DNA of 64,000 bases from the IMG/VR virus record IMGVR_UViG_3300030333_002885, positions 1 through 64,000 of that record. One strand, written 5' to 3'. Every line of letters begins with the position of its first letter. The first letter of the stretch is position 1. This document shows, in pieces, positions 11,577-22,126 of the stretch. Both the position numbers and the translations under genes were made by a program. The stretch comes from a virus. The notes under the pieces were generated by a model. The model did no database searches. It was not told where the DNA came from and was given only the letters and a program-made list of their open reading frames with translations.

Positions 11577-11601
11577 CTATATAAATTGTTGAAACAATAC
11601 T

Positions 11602-12630
11602 ATGAGATCTAAGGCATTTTTTATTAATGGTGGAGCAGGTAGAGTTATCTGTTCTATCCCTGCACTTGAAAAGTATGCAGAAAATCACGACGATTTTATA
11701 ATCGTTGCAGAAGGTGGTATGAATTTCTTTAAAGGTCATCCAGTTCTGCATAAACATGCCTATGATATTTGGCATAAAGGATTGTTTGAAGATAAGATTA
11801 AAGATAGAGACTGTGTAACACCAGAACCATATAGAATGTGGCATTACTACAATCAACAGTGTAGTCTTGCTCAAGCATATGATATGGAAATCAATGGTTT
11901 AGATGAACCTAGAGAACTACCTGCACCTAATCTTAAGATTACTAAGCAAGAAGGTATAGGAGCAATACAAACCATTGAGAATATTAAGAGTCAATGTGGT
12001 AAAGATAAAGTAATTATAGTACAACCATTTGGTAGGGGTGTGATGAATACTGATGGATATATTTTTGATCCATCCTCTCGTAGTTTTAATGTGTCAGATA
12101 TATCTGAGATTATAAACACTCTTAAGAAAGACTATACTGTTATTGTTATGAGTGAATTTAAATTTGATACTGGTGATAGCAAATACAATCATGCATTCCC
12201 TGAAGTACCAGACATTCGTTTATGGGCAGGGTTAATTGAATGTGCTGATCATTTTCTAGGATGTGATAGTGTCGGTCAACATATTGCTAAGGCAGTTGGG
12301 ACAACAGCAACAGTTGTTGTGGGATCTACATACCCTATTAATATATCCTATCCTAATGATAAGGATGTTGACATCATTGATCTTGGTGAAGGTAAGAGGA
12401 CATTCTCTCCTCTTAGGTTGACTACAGAAGATCAGCAGGACATGCAGAATGATGAGTGTATGAGTATGAGTAAGGATGATATTAAAAATGTTATTGAATC
12501 ATGTAAGAAAAGATTGGGTAAGTCTAAAGATATTCCTATAGTTAAACAATCTGAACAGAAACAAGATTCTTGTTGTGAGGATCCTGCCTGTCCTACAAGT
12601 ACAGTTACTAAGAAGGGTTTTGGGAAATGA
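11602..12630 (+). CDS. GT9-like glycosyltransferase (heptosyltransferase-like)
   Basis: GGAGRVICSIPAL N-terminus; ADHFLGCDSVGQHIAKAVG resembles the GT9 DSG..H.A.A motif. Confidence 0.65.
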   Translation: MRSKAFFINGGAGRVICSIPALEKYAENHDDFIIVAEGGMNFFKGHPVLHKHAYDIWHKGLFEDKIKDRDCVTPEPYRMWHYYNQQCSLAQAYDMEINGLDEPRELPAPNLKITKQEGIGAIQTIENIKSQCGKDKVIIVQPFGRGVMNTDGYIFDPSSRSFNVSDISEIINTLKKDYTVIVMSEFKFDTGDSKYNHAFPEVPDIRLWAGLIECADHFLGCDSVGQHIAKAVGTTATVVVGSTYPINISYPNDKDVDIIDLGEGKRTFSPLRLTTEDQQDMQNDECMSMSKDDIKNVIESCKKRLGKSKDIPIVKQSEQKQDSCCEDPACPTSTVTKKGFGK

Positions 12631-14531
12631 CACAGTGGATCGCAGCAGTTGCTAGAGGACACAATGCTGGAGTAGCATTGTTAAAAGATGGTCAGTTAGT
12701 CTTTGCTATGGAGGAAGAAAGACTTACTCGTGCAAAGTATGATGGTGGTCCCATAGCATCCATCCTTAAGATTAAAGAATATACTGACAGGTTAGACTTT
12801 TTTGTAACTGTTCATACTACAAGGTTGGATGCTCATCCAGACATGAAGTTGGATTATTGTCTAAATGATCCTTACTATGGTCTTGCTAGAAAGATAGGTT
12901 TGTTAAAGGATACTAATTCTCTCACTGAGGATGAGGTAAAGAAAAGAAAGTGTGGTGCTACTGTTCCTAAAAATGTCATTGACATGGGACACATACATCA
13001 TAGGACACATGCTGCTGCTGCATTTTATAACTCTGGATTTGAATCAGCAGTTGCAGTTATTGTAGATGGTGCTGGATCATGGTGTAAGTTTGGTGCTAAG
13101 AAAGAACAGGTTGAAGACTACTGGGAAACAGAAACTATATTTGATTGTGCATACCCTCATAAGTTTGACACAAAATATAAGCATCTAGGTTCTAAGTTTG
13201 CTTCACCTTTTAATTATTTTAATAATTTTGCTTCTGAATTTTGGTGTGGATATGGTGAGGATATAAACTGGGAGTCACCTCAGAATGATCATCACGAATT
13301 AATTGCCACACATAAATGTGGTATAGTAAAAACTTATGAGGCAGTGACTGAGTACTGTGGGTTCCCTGCTATTGAAGCAGGTAAAACAATGGGTCTGTCA
13401 CCATATGGAGGACCATGTGATTATATTCCAGACTTATTCCATAAGTGTGGAATGATACCAGTTAAACTTGCAGATAGTAATATCTTTACTCCAATGTATC
13501 CTAATGGTGCAATTCAAAATCTATGGTATGAACCTGAGATCAATGAGATTGTACCAGAAGTAGAGTATGAAACAGGGATAGATGATGATAGGATTAAAAA
13601 AGCATATGATTGTGAGGGTAGAAAGAATTTTGCATGGAAGGTGCAGAATGATACCCAAGAGCAGGTGTTAGAGTTAATTAGAAAGGCAGTGCATGATAGT
13701 GGAAATAGAAATGTTGTTGTGTCAGGTGGATATGGATTGAATTGTGTTGCTAATTATTGGTATCTTGATCAGTTAAAAGATGAAGGTATTAATCTTTATG
13801 TTGAACCTGTCAGTAATGATGCTGGTACAGCATTAGGTGCTGCATTATTATGGCATCATTATCATAATAAAGATCATAGAGTGCGTGAGCGTATTGATAA
13901 TCTTTATTTTGGTCCACAATACAATTACACAAATGAATACATTACTGACATGGTAGACTCTTATGATGCTGAAGTAAAAGATGCAACACATGCAGATGTT
14001 GTTAAACTTATTACTGATAAGAACATCGTTGCACTATTCCAAGGTAGATCAGAGGCAGGACCAAGAGCACTTGGTAATCGTAGTCTACTATATGATCCTC
14101 GTGATCCTAATGGTAAAGATCATGTTAATACATTAAAGAAACGAGAGTTCTTTAGACCATTTGCAGGTAGTATCCTTAAGGAACATGTACATGAGTGGTT
14201 TGATCTTCGTGGTATGGATGAGACTCCATTCATGATGTATGCTGTTAATTGTCAACCAGGTATAGAAGAAAAGATTCCTGCTATTATTCATGTTGATAAG
14301 ACATGTAGGATACAGACAGTAACAGAAGAACAAAACAAACATTACTATGACATCATCCAAGAATTCTTTGAACAGACTGGTTGCCCTATCATCTTTAATA
14401 CTTCCTTTAATTTGGGTGGAGAACCTCTGGTTGAAACACTCGATGATGCGTTACATACTCTTTCCAATAGTGGTCTTGAGTATTTGTATCTTCCTGAGTA
14501 TGGTAAATTAATTACGGTTAAAAATGATTAG
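12627..14531 (+). CDS. Carbamoyltransferase, NodU/CmcH family, full length
   Basis: EEERLTR.K, HH..HA..AFY.S, GKTMGL, GGYGLNC..N, GPRALGNRS, KKREFFRPFA, NTSFN. Confidence 0.92.
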   Translation: MTQWIAAVARGHNAGVALLKDGQLVFAMEEERLTRAKYDGGPIASILKIKEYTDRLDFFVTVHTTRLDAHPDMKLDYCLNDPYYGLARKIGLLKDTNSLTEDEVKKRKCGATVPKNVIDMGHIHHRTHAAAAFYNSGFESAVAVIVDGAGSWCKFGAKKEQVEDYWETETIFDCAYPHKFDTKYKHLGSKFASPFNYFNNFASEFWCGYGEDINWESPQNDHHELIATHKCGIVKTYEAVTEYCGFPAIEAGKTMGLSPYGGPCDYIPDLFHKCGMIPVKLADSNIFTPMYPNGAIQNLWYEPEINEIVPEVEYETGIDDDRIKKAYDCEGRKNFAWKVQNDTQEQVLELIRKAVHDSGNRNVVVSGGYGLNCVANYWYLDQLKDEGINLYVEPVSNDAGTALGAALLWHHYHNKDHRVRERIDNLYFGPQYNYTNEYITDMVDSYDAEVKDATHADVVKLITDKNIVALFQGRSEAGPRALGNRSLLYDPRDPNGKDHVNTLKKREFFRPFAGSILKEHVHEWFDLRGMDETPFMMYAVNCQPGIEEKIPAIIHVDKTCRIQTVTEEQNKHYYDIIQEFFEQTGCPIIFNTSFNLGGEPLVETLDDALHTLSNSGLEYLYLPEYGKLITVKND

Positions 14532-15141
14532 CATTGATACTAATACAACACTGTTAGATTTCTCTCAGTATAATATTGATGAGGAAAAGATTGTTGTTAT
14601 CGATAATCTATTTCCAAATTGGTTTATTAGTTATGTTCATCGTCAGATTATGGACTCGTCTGGATGGAGGTTCGGTCACTATACTGAGTCTAGAAATCCA
14701 GAGAAAGAGATACCTGCATTTTCTCAGAAGATATTTCCTGACCCATTGTCACCTATATCTAATGACAGTTTATTCCCTATGATATATCATGCTGTTACTC
14801 ATAGTATGATAGACAATCCAGAGATAGGAGAGATATTAATTAACGGTCAGCAGTACTATCATAATACTATCTTCCATCAAGATTGTAAGGACAATGGTAT
14901 TACTATGCTTTATTATGTTAATGCAAATGCTAAAGAAGAATGGGGTGGAGAGACACACATTAAAGTACCTACTAGTTCTAAAGATAGCATTACAAATTCA
15001 GATGATATAATTAAAGTTGCTCCTAGACCAGGAAGAATTTGTTTATTCTTGGGTAAGTTAATGCATAAGGGAGAATCATTTAACTCTAAGACTAATACTC
15101 TTAGAGCAACCATAGCATATAAGATAGGTAGAGATGGCTAA
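14524..15141 (+). CDS. 2OG-Fe(II) oxygenase (prolyl-hydroxylase-like)
   Basis: HQD, LYYVN...WGGET, PGRICLF...H, RATIAYK. Confidence 0.8.
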   Translation: MISIDTNTTLLDFSQYNIDEEKIVVIDNLFPNWFISYVHRQIMDSSGWRFGHYTESRNPEKEIPAFSQKIFPDPLSPISNDSLFPMIYHAVTHSMIDNPEIGEILINGQQYYHNTIFHQDCKDNGITMLYYVNANAKEEWGGETHIKVPTSSKDSITNSDDIIKVAPRPGRICLFLGKLMHKGESFNSKTNTLRATIAYKIGRDG

Positions 15142-15565
15142 ACCATTTATTCATGAGAAAAAATTGGTTAAGGTATTTGTCAATGGAACCTTTGACTTAC
15201 TACATCCAGGTCATATATCATTACTTAGCTGGGCAAAATCTCTTGGAGATTATCTTGTAGTTGGTATTGATACTGACGATAGAGTACGGGAAAAGAAAGG
15301 ACCAACCCGTCCCATATATAATCAGACTGATAGAGGAATCATGCTTGTTGCTCTTGAATCAGTTGATGAGGTGACTTACTTTCATAGCGATGAATCTCTA
15401 GAGGCATTGGTAAAAGAAGTTAAACCTGATATAATGGTGGTAGGTTCTGACTGGAAAGATAAATCAGTCATAGGTTCCTACTGGGCTGCCGAATTAAAAT
15501 TCTATGATAGGATAGAAGAGTATGCGACTTCAAAGACAGTACAATGTATTATTGATAGGGGATAG
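15134..15565 (+). CDS. Heptose-1-phosphate nucleotidyltransferase (RfaE/HldE domain II, cytidyltransferase family)
   Basis: NGTFDLLHPGH, VGIDTD..V...KGPTRPI. Confidence 0.85.
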   Translation: MAKPFIHEKKLVKVFVNGTFDLLHPGHISLLSWAKSLGDYLVVGIDTDDRVREKKGPTRPIYNQTDRGIMLVALESVDEVTYFHSDESLEALVKEVKPDIMVVGSDWKDKSVIGSYWAAELKFYDRIEEYATSKTVQCIIDRG

Positions 15566-16307
15566 TTGCACCGATGAATGGGTGTATGGATCCTGTGATC
15601 GTTTAAGTCCTGAAGGACCGATCCCTGTCATGAAGTATAGGGAGAAGCAGTCTGCTCCTGGTATGGCAGCGAATGTTTATGAGAATTTAAAGTCCCTTGG
15701 TATCAATGTAAACTTCTTGACTCATAAGGAGAAGATTACTAAGACAAGATATGTTCATGAGAAATCTAATCAACAGATCATGCGTCTGGATACAGAACCA
15801 GAGGTAGAACCATTACATCCTTCTCAAATTACTATGGCAGCAGTGCATCAAAGTTATGATGCTGTTGTCATATCAGATTATGATAAGGGGTTTGTATCTG
15901 TAGAAGACATTGAACATCTTGCTAGTAGGAATCCAGACATAAAAATATTTGTTGATACTAAGAAGAAGAAGTTACCTACACAGTATCCTAATATAGTATA
16001 TAAAATTAATCAGAAAGAATTTAATTTATTAGACCCAGATCATATACCTAAGGGTGAGAATATGATTGTAACTGCTGGTGCTGATGGTGCTCTATGGAAT
16101 AAGAAACAGTTCCAAGTACCTATCACTAGAGTGTTTGATGTAACAGGTGCAGGTGATACATTCTTAGCAGCATTAGTCTTCTATTATATACAGTTACCTT
16201 CTATGGAAGAGTCAATTGCTTTTGCTAATAGAGCAGCAGCAATTGCAGTCCAGAATCCTGGTACATATACTATGACTATGGAGGATGTGGATGGTATCCT
16301 CAAATAA
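15522..16307 (+). CDS. Heptose-7-phosphate kinase (RfaE/HldE domain I, PfkB family)
   Basis: RLSPEGPIPV, G.AANV..NL, ISDYDKG, DVTGAGDTF. Confidence 0.88.
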   Translation: MRLQRQYNVLLIGDSCTDEWVYGSCDRLSPEGPIPVMKYREKQSAPGMAANVYENLKSLGINVNFLTHKEKITKTRYVHEKSNQQIMRLDTEPEVEPLHPSQITMAAVHQSYDAVVISDYDKGFVSVEDIEHLASRNPDIKIFVDTKKKKLPTQYPNIVYKINQKEFNLLDPDHIPKGENMIVTAGADGALWNKKQFQVPITRVFDVTGAGDTFLAALVFYYIQLPSMEESIAFANRAAAIAVQNPGTYTMTMEDVDGILK

Positions 16308-17307
16308 TATATTATCTTATAATTGTTCTCATGATGCTGCTGTATGTTATTTAAAGGATGGTAAGATAGAATGGTTTATAGAAGAAGAAAGAGTAAGTAG
16401 AAAGAAGCATGATTACAGACCATACTTATCATTGGTTGATGGTGTTAGAAGAGTAGATGATATAGACATAGCATTGCATACTACATTACATCATACTGAT
16501 GATCCAGAACTTGCTGACAGAGTATTAAATTTTACATGTGAATTGATACAGAAGGTGAAAGATAAACCTAATTTTATGGACTGTAGTGCTGAACATCATT
16601 TACATCATGCAGCACTAGCATTTTATAACTCTGGGTTTGAAGAGGCAGCATGTCTTATTGTTGATGGTGCTGGAGCATATGTTGAGGGTGGAGGACATGA
16701 GGTAGAGACAATTTATAAAGTATCTTATCCTCATTCATTTGATAAGATATATCAGAGAGCAGTACCTTGGTATAAAGGATCTACTTTGACTGACTATACT
16801 ATTGGTATAGGATTTGTTTATGCTGGTATCAGTGAGTACCTTGGGTTTGGTACTCTAGGTTGTGGTAAACTCATGGGTCTTGCTCCTTATGGTAAGGAAG
16901 ATCCTAATGTTAAATCATTTTTGGTAGATGGTGAGGTTGATAAAACCTTATGGGAGAGAGATCCTAATGGTGTTAAGTTTAAACCTTATGGTGATGTTAG
17001 TCCTGCTAATTTAGCATGGAGATGTCAGAAAGATTTTGAAACATATATGATTGCATTGATCAAGAAAGCATCAAAGGTTAGTAATAATATAGTATTGTCA
17101 GGAGGTTGTGCTCTAAATTGTGTAGCAAACTATGAGTACTTGAAACATCTTCCAGAAGGTGCTAAACTGTATGTCGAACCAGTGTCTAGTGATGCTGGTA
17201 CTGCTGCTGGTATGGCAATGTATGGTTGGAGAAACCTTACTAAGTCAACAGAAATTTATCCTTTAAAAGATTTGTATTGGGGACCACAACATGAGATATT
17301 GCTTTGA
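16285..17307 (+). CDS. Carbamoyltransferase, N-terminal domain only
   Basis: HDAA, EEERVSRKKH, HHLHHA, GKLMGLA, SGGCALNC; ends at LYWGP with no C-terminal domain. Confidence 0.85.
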   Translation: MWMVSSNNILSYNCSHDAAVCYLKDGKIEWFIEEERVSRKKHDYRPYLSLVDGVRRVDDIDIALHTTLHHTDDPELADRVLNFTCELIQKVKDKPNFMDCSAEHHLHHAALAFYNSGFEEAACLIVDGAGAYVEGGGHEVETIYKVSYPHSFDKIYQRAVPWYKGSTLTDYTIGIGFVYAGISEYLGFGTLGCGKLMGLAPYGKEDPNVKSFLVDGEVDKTLWERDPNGVKFKPYGDVSPANLAWRCQKDFETYMIALIKKASKVSNNIVLSGGCALNCVANYEYLKHLPEGAKLYVEPVSSDAGTAAGMAMYGWRNLTKSTEIYPLKDLYWGPQHEILL

Positions 17308-17632
17308 TATAGATGGTACGATATGTACACCTGGTACATGTAAGTCGTGTCAGTATGAAGGTGCTACTCCCAAGAAGGAGAGGATAGAAAAGATTAATAA
17401 GTTATATGAGGAGGGTCACTACATAATATACATGACTGCTCGTGCAATGGGTAGGAATCATGATCTTCCTAATGATGTAGCTACTGCACATGCAAAGGAA
17501 ATTATAGAACCCCTTACTAAATTACAACTAGATATATGGGGGTGTAAATATCATGAGTTGATCTTTGGTAAACCTCATGCCGATCTCTTTATTGATGATA
17601 AAGGCATAACCGATTATGATTTTTTTAAATGA
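17291..17632 (+). CDS. HAD-superfamily sugar phosphatase
   Basis: FDIDGTIC, MTAR, GKPHADLFIDDK. Confidence 0.8.
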   Translation: MRYCFDIDGTICTPGTCKSCQYEGATPKKERIEKINKLYEEGHYIIYMTARAMGRNHDLPNDVATAHAKEIIEPLTKLQLDIWGCKYHELIFGKPHADLFIDDKGITDYDFFK

Positions 17633-17991
17633 AAGAAACTAAACCTAAATTTGTACCGAAAGGATGGGGTTGGGAGAAATGGATTGCCAATTCTCCTGAG
17701 TATTGTGGTAAGTTATTGTTTATTAAGAAGAACCACAGGTGCTCATGGCATTATCACATACTAAAAGATGAGACCTTCTACCTGCATTCAGGTATGATTC
17801 ATCTCTTCTATGGTAAGACAGATAATTTAGAGGATGCAAAGACTATGATCCTAGAACCTGGTGATAGTTTCCATTGTTGTAGGAAGACTAGACATCAGAT
17901 GGTAGCAATACAAGATGCAGAATTATTTGAATTTTCTACACAGCATTTTGATGAGGATTCACACAGAGTTATACCTGGAGATACTCTTTAA
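17629..17991 (+). CDS. Cupin sugar isomerase-like protein
   Basis: VPKGWGWE, YCGKLL, SWHYH..KDETFY, RHQM, EFSTQHFDEDS. Confidence 0.75.
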   Translation: MKETKPKFVPKGWGWEKWIANSPEYCGKLLFIKKNHRCSWHYHILKDETFYLHSGMIHLFYGKTDNLEDAKTMILEPGDSFHCCRKTRHQMVAIQDAELFEFSTQHFDEDSHRVIPGDTL

Positions 17992-18748
17992 CTGTTTTAA
18001 ATTTGTAATCTTTTAACCAACTCATGTCAGCTATGGTATAATATTGGTACTTACCCTTTAAGTGAGGTGGAAATGGGATTGGAGACAATTTCGACCCAGT
18101 TTTTAATGAAACTAGTTGAGCTACAGTGTCAATTGTTATTGGCGATCCTGTGCCAAGATCGAATATGCCAGAACCCGCAGTGTTCGATAACACTACATTC
18201 ACCAGATCCCCAACCCACACATAGTCACGGTGTATCTGATCGCTCCCTTCAAACGGATGTATTTGACCAGTGGCAGCCTGCCATTGAAACTGACTGACTA
18301 GTGATGCCATCTGTCCCTTATGATGCTCACCTGATCCATATACATTAAAGTATCTAAACCCCTGAACATATCTAAAGCGTTCTATATTATCTAAGACCCA
18401 GTAATCTACTGTTGCTTTTGATAATGCATAGTAATTCAGGGGATTTATAATGCAAGATTGATTACCGTAGACAGATGCTGAACTGGCATACTTAACAGGG
18501 ATACCATACTCTATTGCCTTCTCGAATAATTTAATACTAAAGTCTATATTATATTTGTATACCATCTCAAGGTTCTTGTTGGTTGTAGAGGACAACGCAC
18601 CTTGATGGATAATCATATCTATCTTGTCCCAACTCTTGAAGTTATCTAAAAAGTCTAAACAATTTTCTAGGTCAACTTCAACTACACCATCGAGAGAATT
18701 TTTAAAGTGTTTCCCAATGAATCCATCAGCACCTGTTAGAATATTCAT
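17969..18748 (-). CDS. hldD: ADP-L-glycero-D-manno-heptose 6-epimerase
   Basis: TGADGFIG, HQGA.SSTT, YASSASVYG, YALSK, RYFNVYG..E.HKG.MAS, YQ.YT.AD. Confidence 0.85.
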   Translation of the reverse strand: MNILTGADGFIGKHFKNSLDGVVEVDLENCLDFLDNFKSWDKIDMIIHQGALSSTTNKNLEMVYKYNIDFSIKLFEKAIEYGIPVKYASSASVYGNQSCIINPLNYYALSKATVDYWVLDNIERFRYVQGFRYFNVYGSGEHHKGQMASLVSQFQWQAATGQIHPFEGSDQIHRDYVWVGDLVNVVLSNTAGSGIFDLGTGSPITIDTVAQLVSLKTGSKLSPIPFPPHLKGKYQYYTIADMSWLKDYKFKTVKEYLQV

Positions 18749-18780
18749 GCCAAAATCTTTACTGTATATATTCTACCACA

Positions 18781-18788
18781 GATAAATA
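18781..18788 (+). promoter_or_regulatory. T4-type late promoter (GATAAATA)
   Basis: Directly upstream of a structural gene. Confidence 0.55.
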
Positions 18789-18797
18789 CTAAAAAAA

Positions 18798-21551
18798 GTG
18801 CATAGAGCCGTGATAGGAAGACTCGCATCGTTAAAAACGACACTCCAGAAGGGTACAGTTAGTAACACTTTACTGTATACTGCTACTGAGATGGTAACTG
18901 CTAATGTCTCGGCAGCAAACCAAACAGAAGAGAAGTTAACTCATTCAGTTGCTATCTCTGGTGATAAGTCTATTACAACCTTTGGGATTAGTGATGGAGG
19001 GACAGGATATGCAAATGGAACCAACATAGTACTGACTGGAGGTAATGGTACTGGAGCACTTGCTAATATTACAACTACAAATGGTGTTATAACAGAATTA
19101 GAACTTGTTGATAATGGACAAGGATATGATATTGGTGATGTTCTTTCAGTAACAAATGCAAATGCAGATGGAGTTGCTACATTAACTGGTGTTAATAATC
19201 CTGGTGATGGTTATGCTGTTGGTACACAAACAGATGTTGCTACTACTAGTAATGGATCAGGTACAGGATTGACTCTTGATCTTGTAGTTAATGTTAACGG
19301 TAAGATTGAATCTGCCACTGTTAATACAGATGGAGAAGGGTACGCAGTCAATGAAATCATATCTATCAGTGGTGGTGATGGGTTTGGATCTGTAAGTGTT
19401 GCATCTATTCATGGTAACAGTGGACAAATTACAGTTCAAGATTCTACAGGTAATAAAGTTTCAGACTCCATTGCTTATGGTATTCCATTGGCAGTGGGTG
19501 GCAATGCAATGTATGATGATATTACATTGAAGCCAGGTGATTCAATATATGTTTCATCATCTAAACCTGGTGTAAGTTTTACTATCATTTCTAATACAGC
19601 ATACGGTAATGTTAATGCTGATGTTCAGAAAAATTTAGGTAGAGGTAATTCATATATTAGTAGCACTGCATTCCCACAGATCAATGATAATGTAGGACTA
19701 GTTACTGCAAAGTATGATGGTGTTGCAACCATTCATGTATCAAATAGAAATTCAGATAAAATTGCTGCAGTCTCTGTTGGTATTGCTTCAGGAGATATCA
19801 GTACCTTTGATGTTGCTGATTACTTTGTCTTTGGTCAGAGATTACAACCACTACAAGATTTAACGATAGACAATATAGGTATTGCTAGTGGTCAGACTCT
19901 AGTTACTAGAGCATCAAAGACTGATGTAGCATTTGCTGCATACACCAAACCTATTGAACTTCAGTTTGCTGGTGTTGGTACTGATGGTAGTATTAATACT
20001 ATTGGTGTCATCACTGCTACAGCATTTGCTGGTGATGGATCTGCTATCACTGGTGTGATCGCTGCTGGATCAGGTGTTAGTATTACTAGTAATGGATCTC
20101 AGGTTGGTGTTGCTGCTACTATAGATTTTGGATCAGAATTTAATATTACTAATGTATCTGCTGGTGTTGCTACAATCACTGCTGGCACAGTACCTTTAGC
20201 AACTACTGCAGACTATGCTAACCTTGCTGGCATAGCAACAGTTGCTAACGAAGCAAACGCTCTTGCTGTAGGTGTTGCTGTTACTCTTGCAGATGTTGCT
20301 ACTAATGCACTACAGTGTACAGGTAACGCTGCCACTGCTGATATTGCATCAGGTATTACGAGTAACTTTGATATCTTTACTAACAATCCTATTAGAACTA
20401 CTGACAAATTCTATGGTGATGGTAGTCAGTTAACAAATATTACTGCAACAGGTACTGGTATTGGTATCAGAAATAATAATAGTTTCGTAGGAACAGCACA
20501 GACAGTAAACTTTGGGTTGAGTCTTGATACTATCATCTCATCCTCTGGTGTTGCTACTATCACTGTTCAGAAGGTTCCTCATGCTGACATCTGTGGTGTC
20601 TCTAGTTACTCAGACAAGTGTGGTGTTGCTACCTATGCAACTAACGCAGGGATCGCTTCACAGGCGACCAATGCTACCTTTGCTAACACTTCGTCATTCT
20701 CTACCTTAACAGGTGCTGCAGAGACCTCCAAGAGTCTTTACACAGAGCATAAAGCAAACTTCTTACCACTACCTGTTACTCTTGGTACTAAAACTGTCAA
20801 CCATAGGTACTATGGTATTGGATCTGATAGATCAGTAAACATTCAGGGATATGAGTCACCTTACTTAAGGTTTGAAGTTGGACAGACATATAGATTTGAG
20901 AATGCATCACAGCAAGCAACTTATCCTATTACATTCTATACATCAGCATCAGGTGATCCAGTAGGTTATGGTAGTACCACACCTTCTGTAATGACACAGG
21001 ATGTTACTGTGACTGGATCTTATACAGAGATTACTGTTACTGAGTACACACCATCTTTATTCTATTATGGTGTTGGAGTTGGTACTACTATGGGTAGTAT
21101 GGGTAACTCCATTCAGGTGTTTAACTCTGAGATGAATAGAGTCCTTAAGGTAGGAGAGTATAAGAATACTGCTGGACTTAAGACATGTACACACACTCAA
21201 ATGTTTGAGGGTCGTGCTACTGCATGGTATATGAACACCAACTTAGGTGTAGGTAACAGTGACTATGTTCCTGGAGATCGTTCACATAATGTTAGTTCGA
21301 TTGAGCAGTCATCTACTGGTGTTTACACAGTTAACTTTGCTGATGCAATGAATGATAATAATTATGCTGTAGTAATAAATGGTAGAGGTACTAATAATTT
21401 CCCAGGTGGTTTGGTCAGGGGAACAGTATTTGACAGGACAACAACAGGATTTGGTGTTACAATATACAACGGGATCCCTGCTCCAGAAGACCTACGAGAT
21501 GTTAACATCGTTGTGTATGGAGGACAAGACGGAGAACCTGCCTTCCTATAA
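18798..21551 (+). CDS. Virion structural / tail-fibre protein
   Basis: 917 aa; G.GY..GD..SI repeats, F.GDGS.LT.I fibre motifs and a C-terminal G.Y.VNF...Y.V domain; true start may be GTG 18810. Confidence 0.7.
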   Translation: MHRAVIGRLASLKTTLQKGTVSNTLLYTATEMVTANVSAANQTEEKLTHSVAISGDKSITTFGISDGGTGYANGTNIVLTGGNGTGALANITTTNGVITELELVDNGQGYDIGDVLSVTNANADGVATLTGVNNPGDGYAVGTQTDVATTSNGSGTGLTLDLVVNVNGKIESATVNTDGEGYAVNEIISISGGDGFGSVSVASIHGNSGQITVQDSTGNKVSDSIAYGIPLAVGGNAMYDDITLKPGDSIYVSSSKPGVSFTIISNTAYGNVNADVQKNLGRGNSYISSTAFPQINDNVGLVTAKYDGVATIHVSNRNSDKIAAVSVGIASGDISTFDVADYFVFGQRLQPLQDLTIDNIGIASGQTLVTRASKTDVAFAAYTKPIELQFAGVGTDGSINTIGVITATAFAGDGSAITGVIAAGSGVSITSNGSQVGVAATIDFGSEFNITNVSAGVATITAGTVPLATTADYANLAGIATVANEANALAVGVAVTLADVATNALQCTGNAATADIASGITSNFDIFTNNPIRTTDKFYGDGSQLTNITATGTGIGIRNNNSFVGTAQTVNFGLSLDTIISSSGVATITVQKVPHADICGVSSYSDKCGVATYATNAGIASQATNATFANTSSFSTLTGAAETSKSLYTEHKANFLPLPVTLGTKTVNHRYYGIGSDRSVNIQGYESPYLRFEVGQTYRFENASQQATYPITFYTSASGDPVGYGSTTPSVMTQDVTVTGSYTEITVTEYTPSLFYYGVGVGTTMGSMGNSIQVFNSEMNRVLKVGEYKNTAGLKTCTHTQMFEGRATAWYMNTNLGVGNSDYVPGDRSHNVSSIEQSSTGVYTVNFADAMNDNNYAVVINGRGTNNFPGGLVRGTVFDRTTTGFGVTIYNGIPAPEDLRDVNIVVYGGQDGEPAFL

Positions 21552-21554
21552 ATA
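21547..21554 (+). promoter_or_regulatory. T4-type late promoter TATAAATA
   Basis: Exact consensus upstream of glutaredoxin. Confidence 0.65.
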
Positions 21555-21570
21555 TTATTTTAACTAAAAG

Positions 21571-21822
21571 ATGTTCACAATCTATTCGATGAACGGTTGC
21601 GGTTATTGCGACAAAGTTAAAGAGCTAATGAGCTTGACAAAACAACGGTTTGTAGTTTATACTCTAGACGAACATTTTACCATCGAGGAATTTGATGGTG
21701 AGTTTAATACTCTTCAGTTCCCACAAGTAGTTGCTGATCTTCCGTCAGGAGATCGAAAACATATTGGTGGTGCTGCAGAAGTTGCGGAGTATTTTAAGGA
21801 GCATAATCTTGCTGCTAAATAA
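21571..21822 (+). CDS. nrdC: Glutaredoxin
   Basis: CGYC, FPQV, HIGG. Confidence 0.85.
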   Translation: MFTIYSMNGCGYCDKVKELMSLTKQRFVVYTLDEHFTIEEFDGEFNTLQFPQVVADLPSGDRKHIGGAAEVAEYFKEHNLAAK

Positions 21823-21881
21823 AAACAATTAGCATGGAGGGGCATTAAAGTTTACTTTATAAACCCTATAGAGGCAGGAAA

Positions 21882-22112
21882 ATGTTATCAGTATCTTTGG
21901 TCTTCGGATCTTTTTTCATCATATTAACAGCGATTGTATCAGTCATGTTAGGATGGGTACTCCGAGAGTATATGCTCTATCATCATGATAGACCACAGTA
22001 TAATCCTCCCTCACATCCAGAAATGTATGATGAGAATGGTAATATAATACCAGACTCATTAATAGCATTCCGATTTGACAATTTTGCCGATGAGGAAGAC
22101 GACGACGATTAA
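21882..22112 (+). CDS. Small membrane protein
   Basis: N-terminal transmembrane helix, HPEMYDENG motif, acidic tail. Confidence 0.7.
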   Translation: MLSVSLVFGSFFIILTAIVSVMLGWVLREYMLYHHDRPQYNPPSHPEMYDENGNIIPDSLIAFRFDNFADEEDDDD

Positions 22113-22126
22113 CCTTTGAGTTTATT

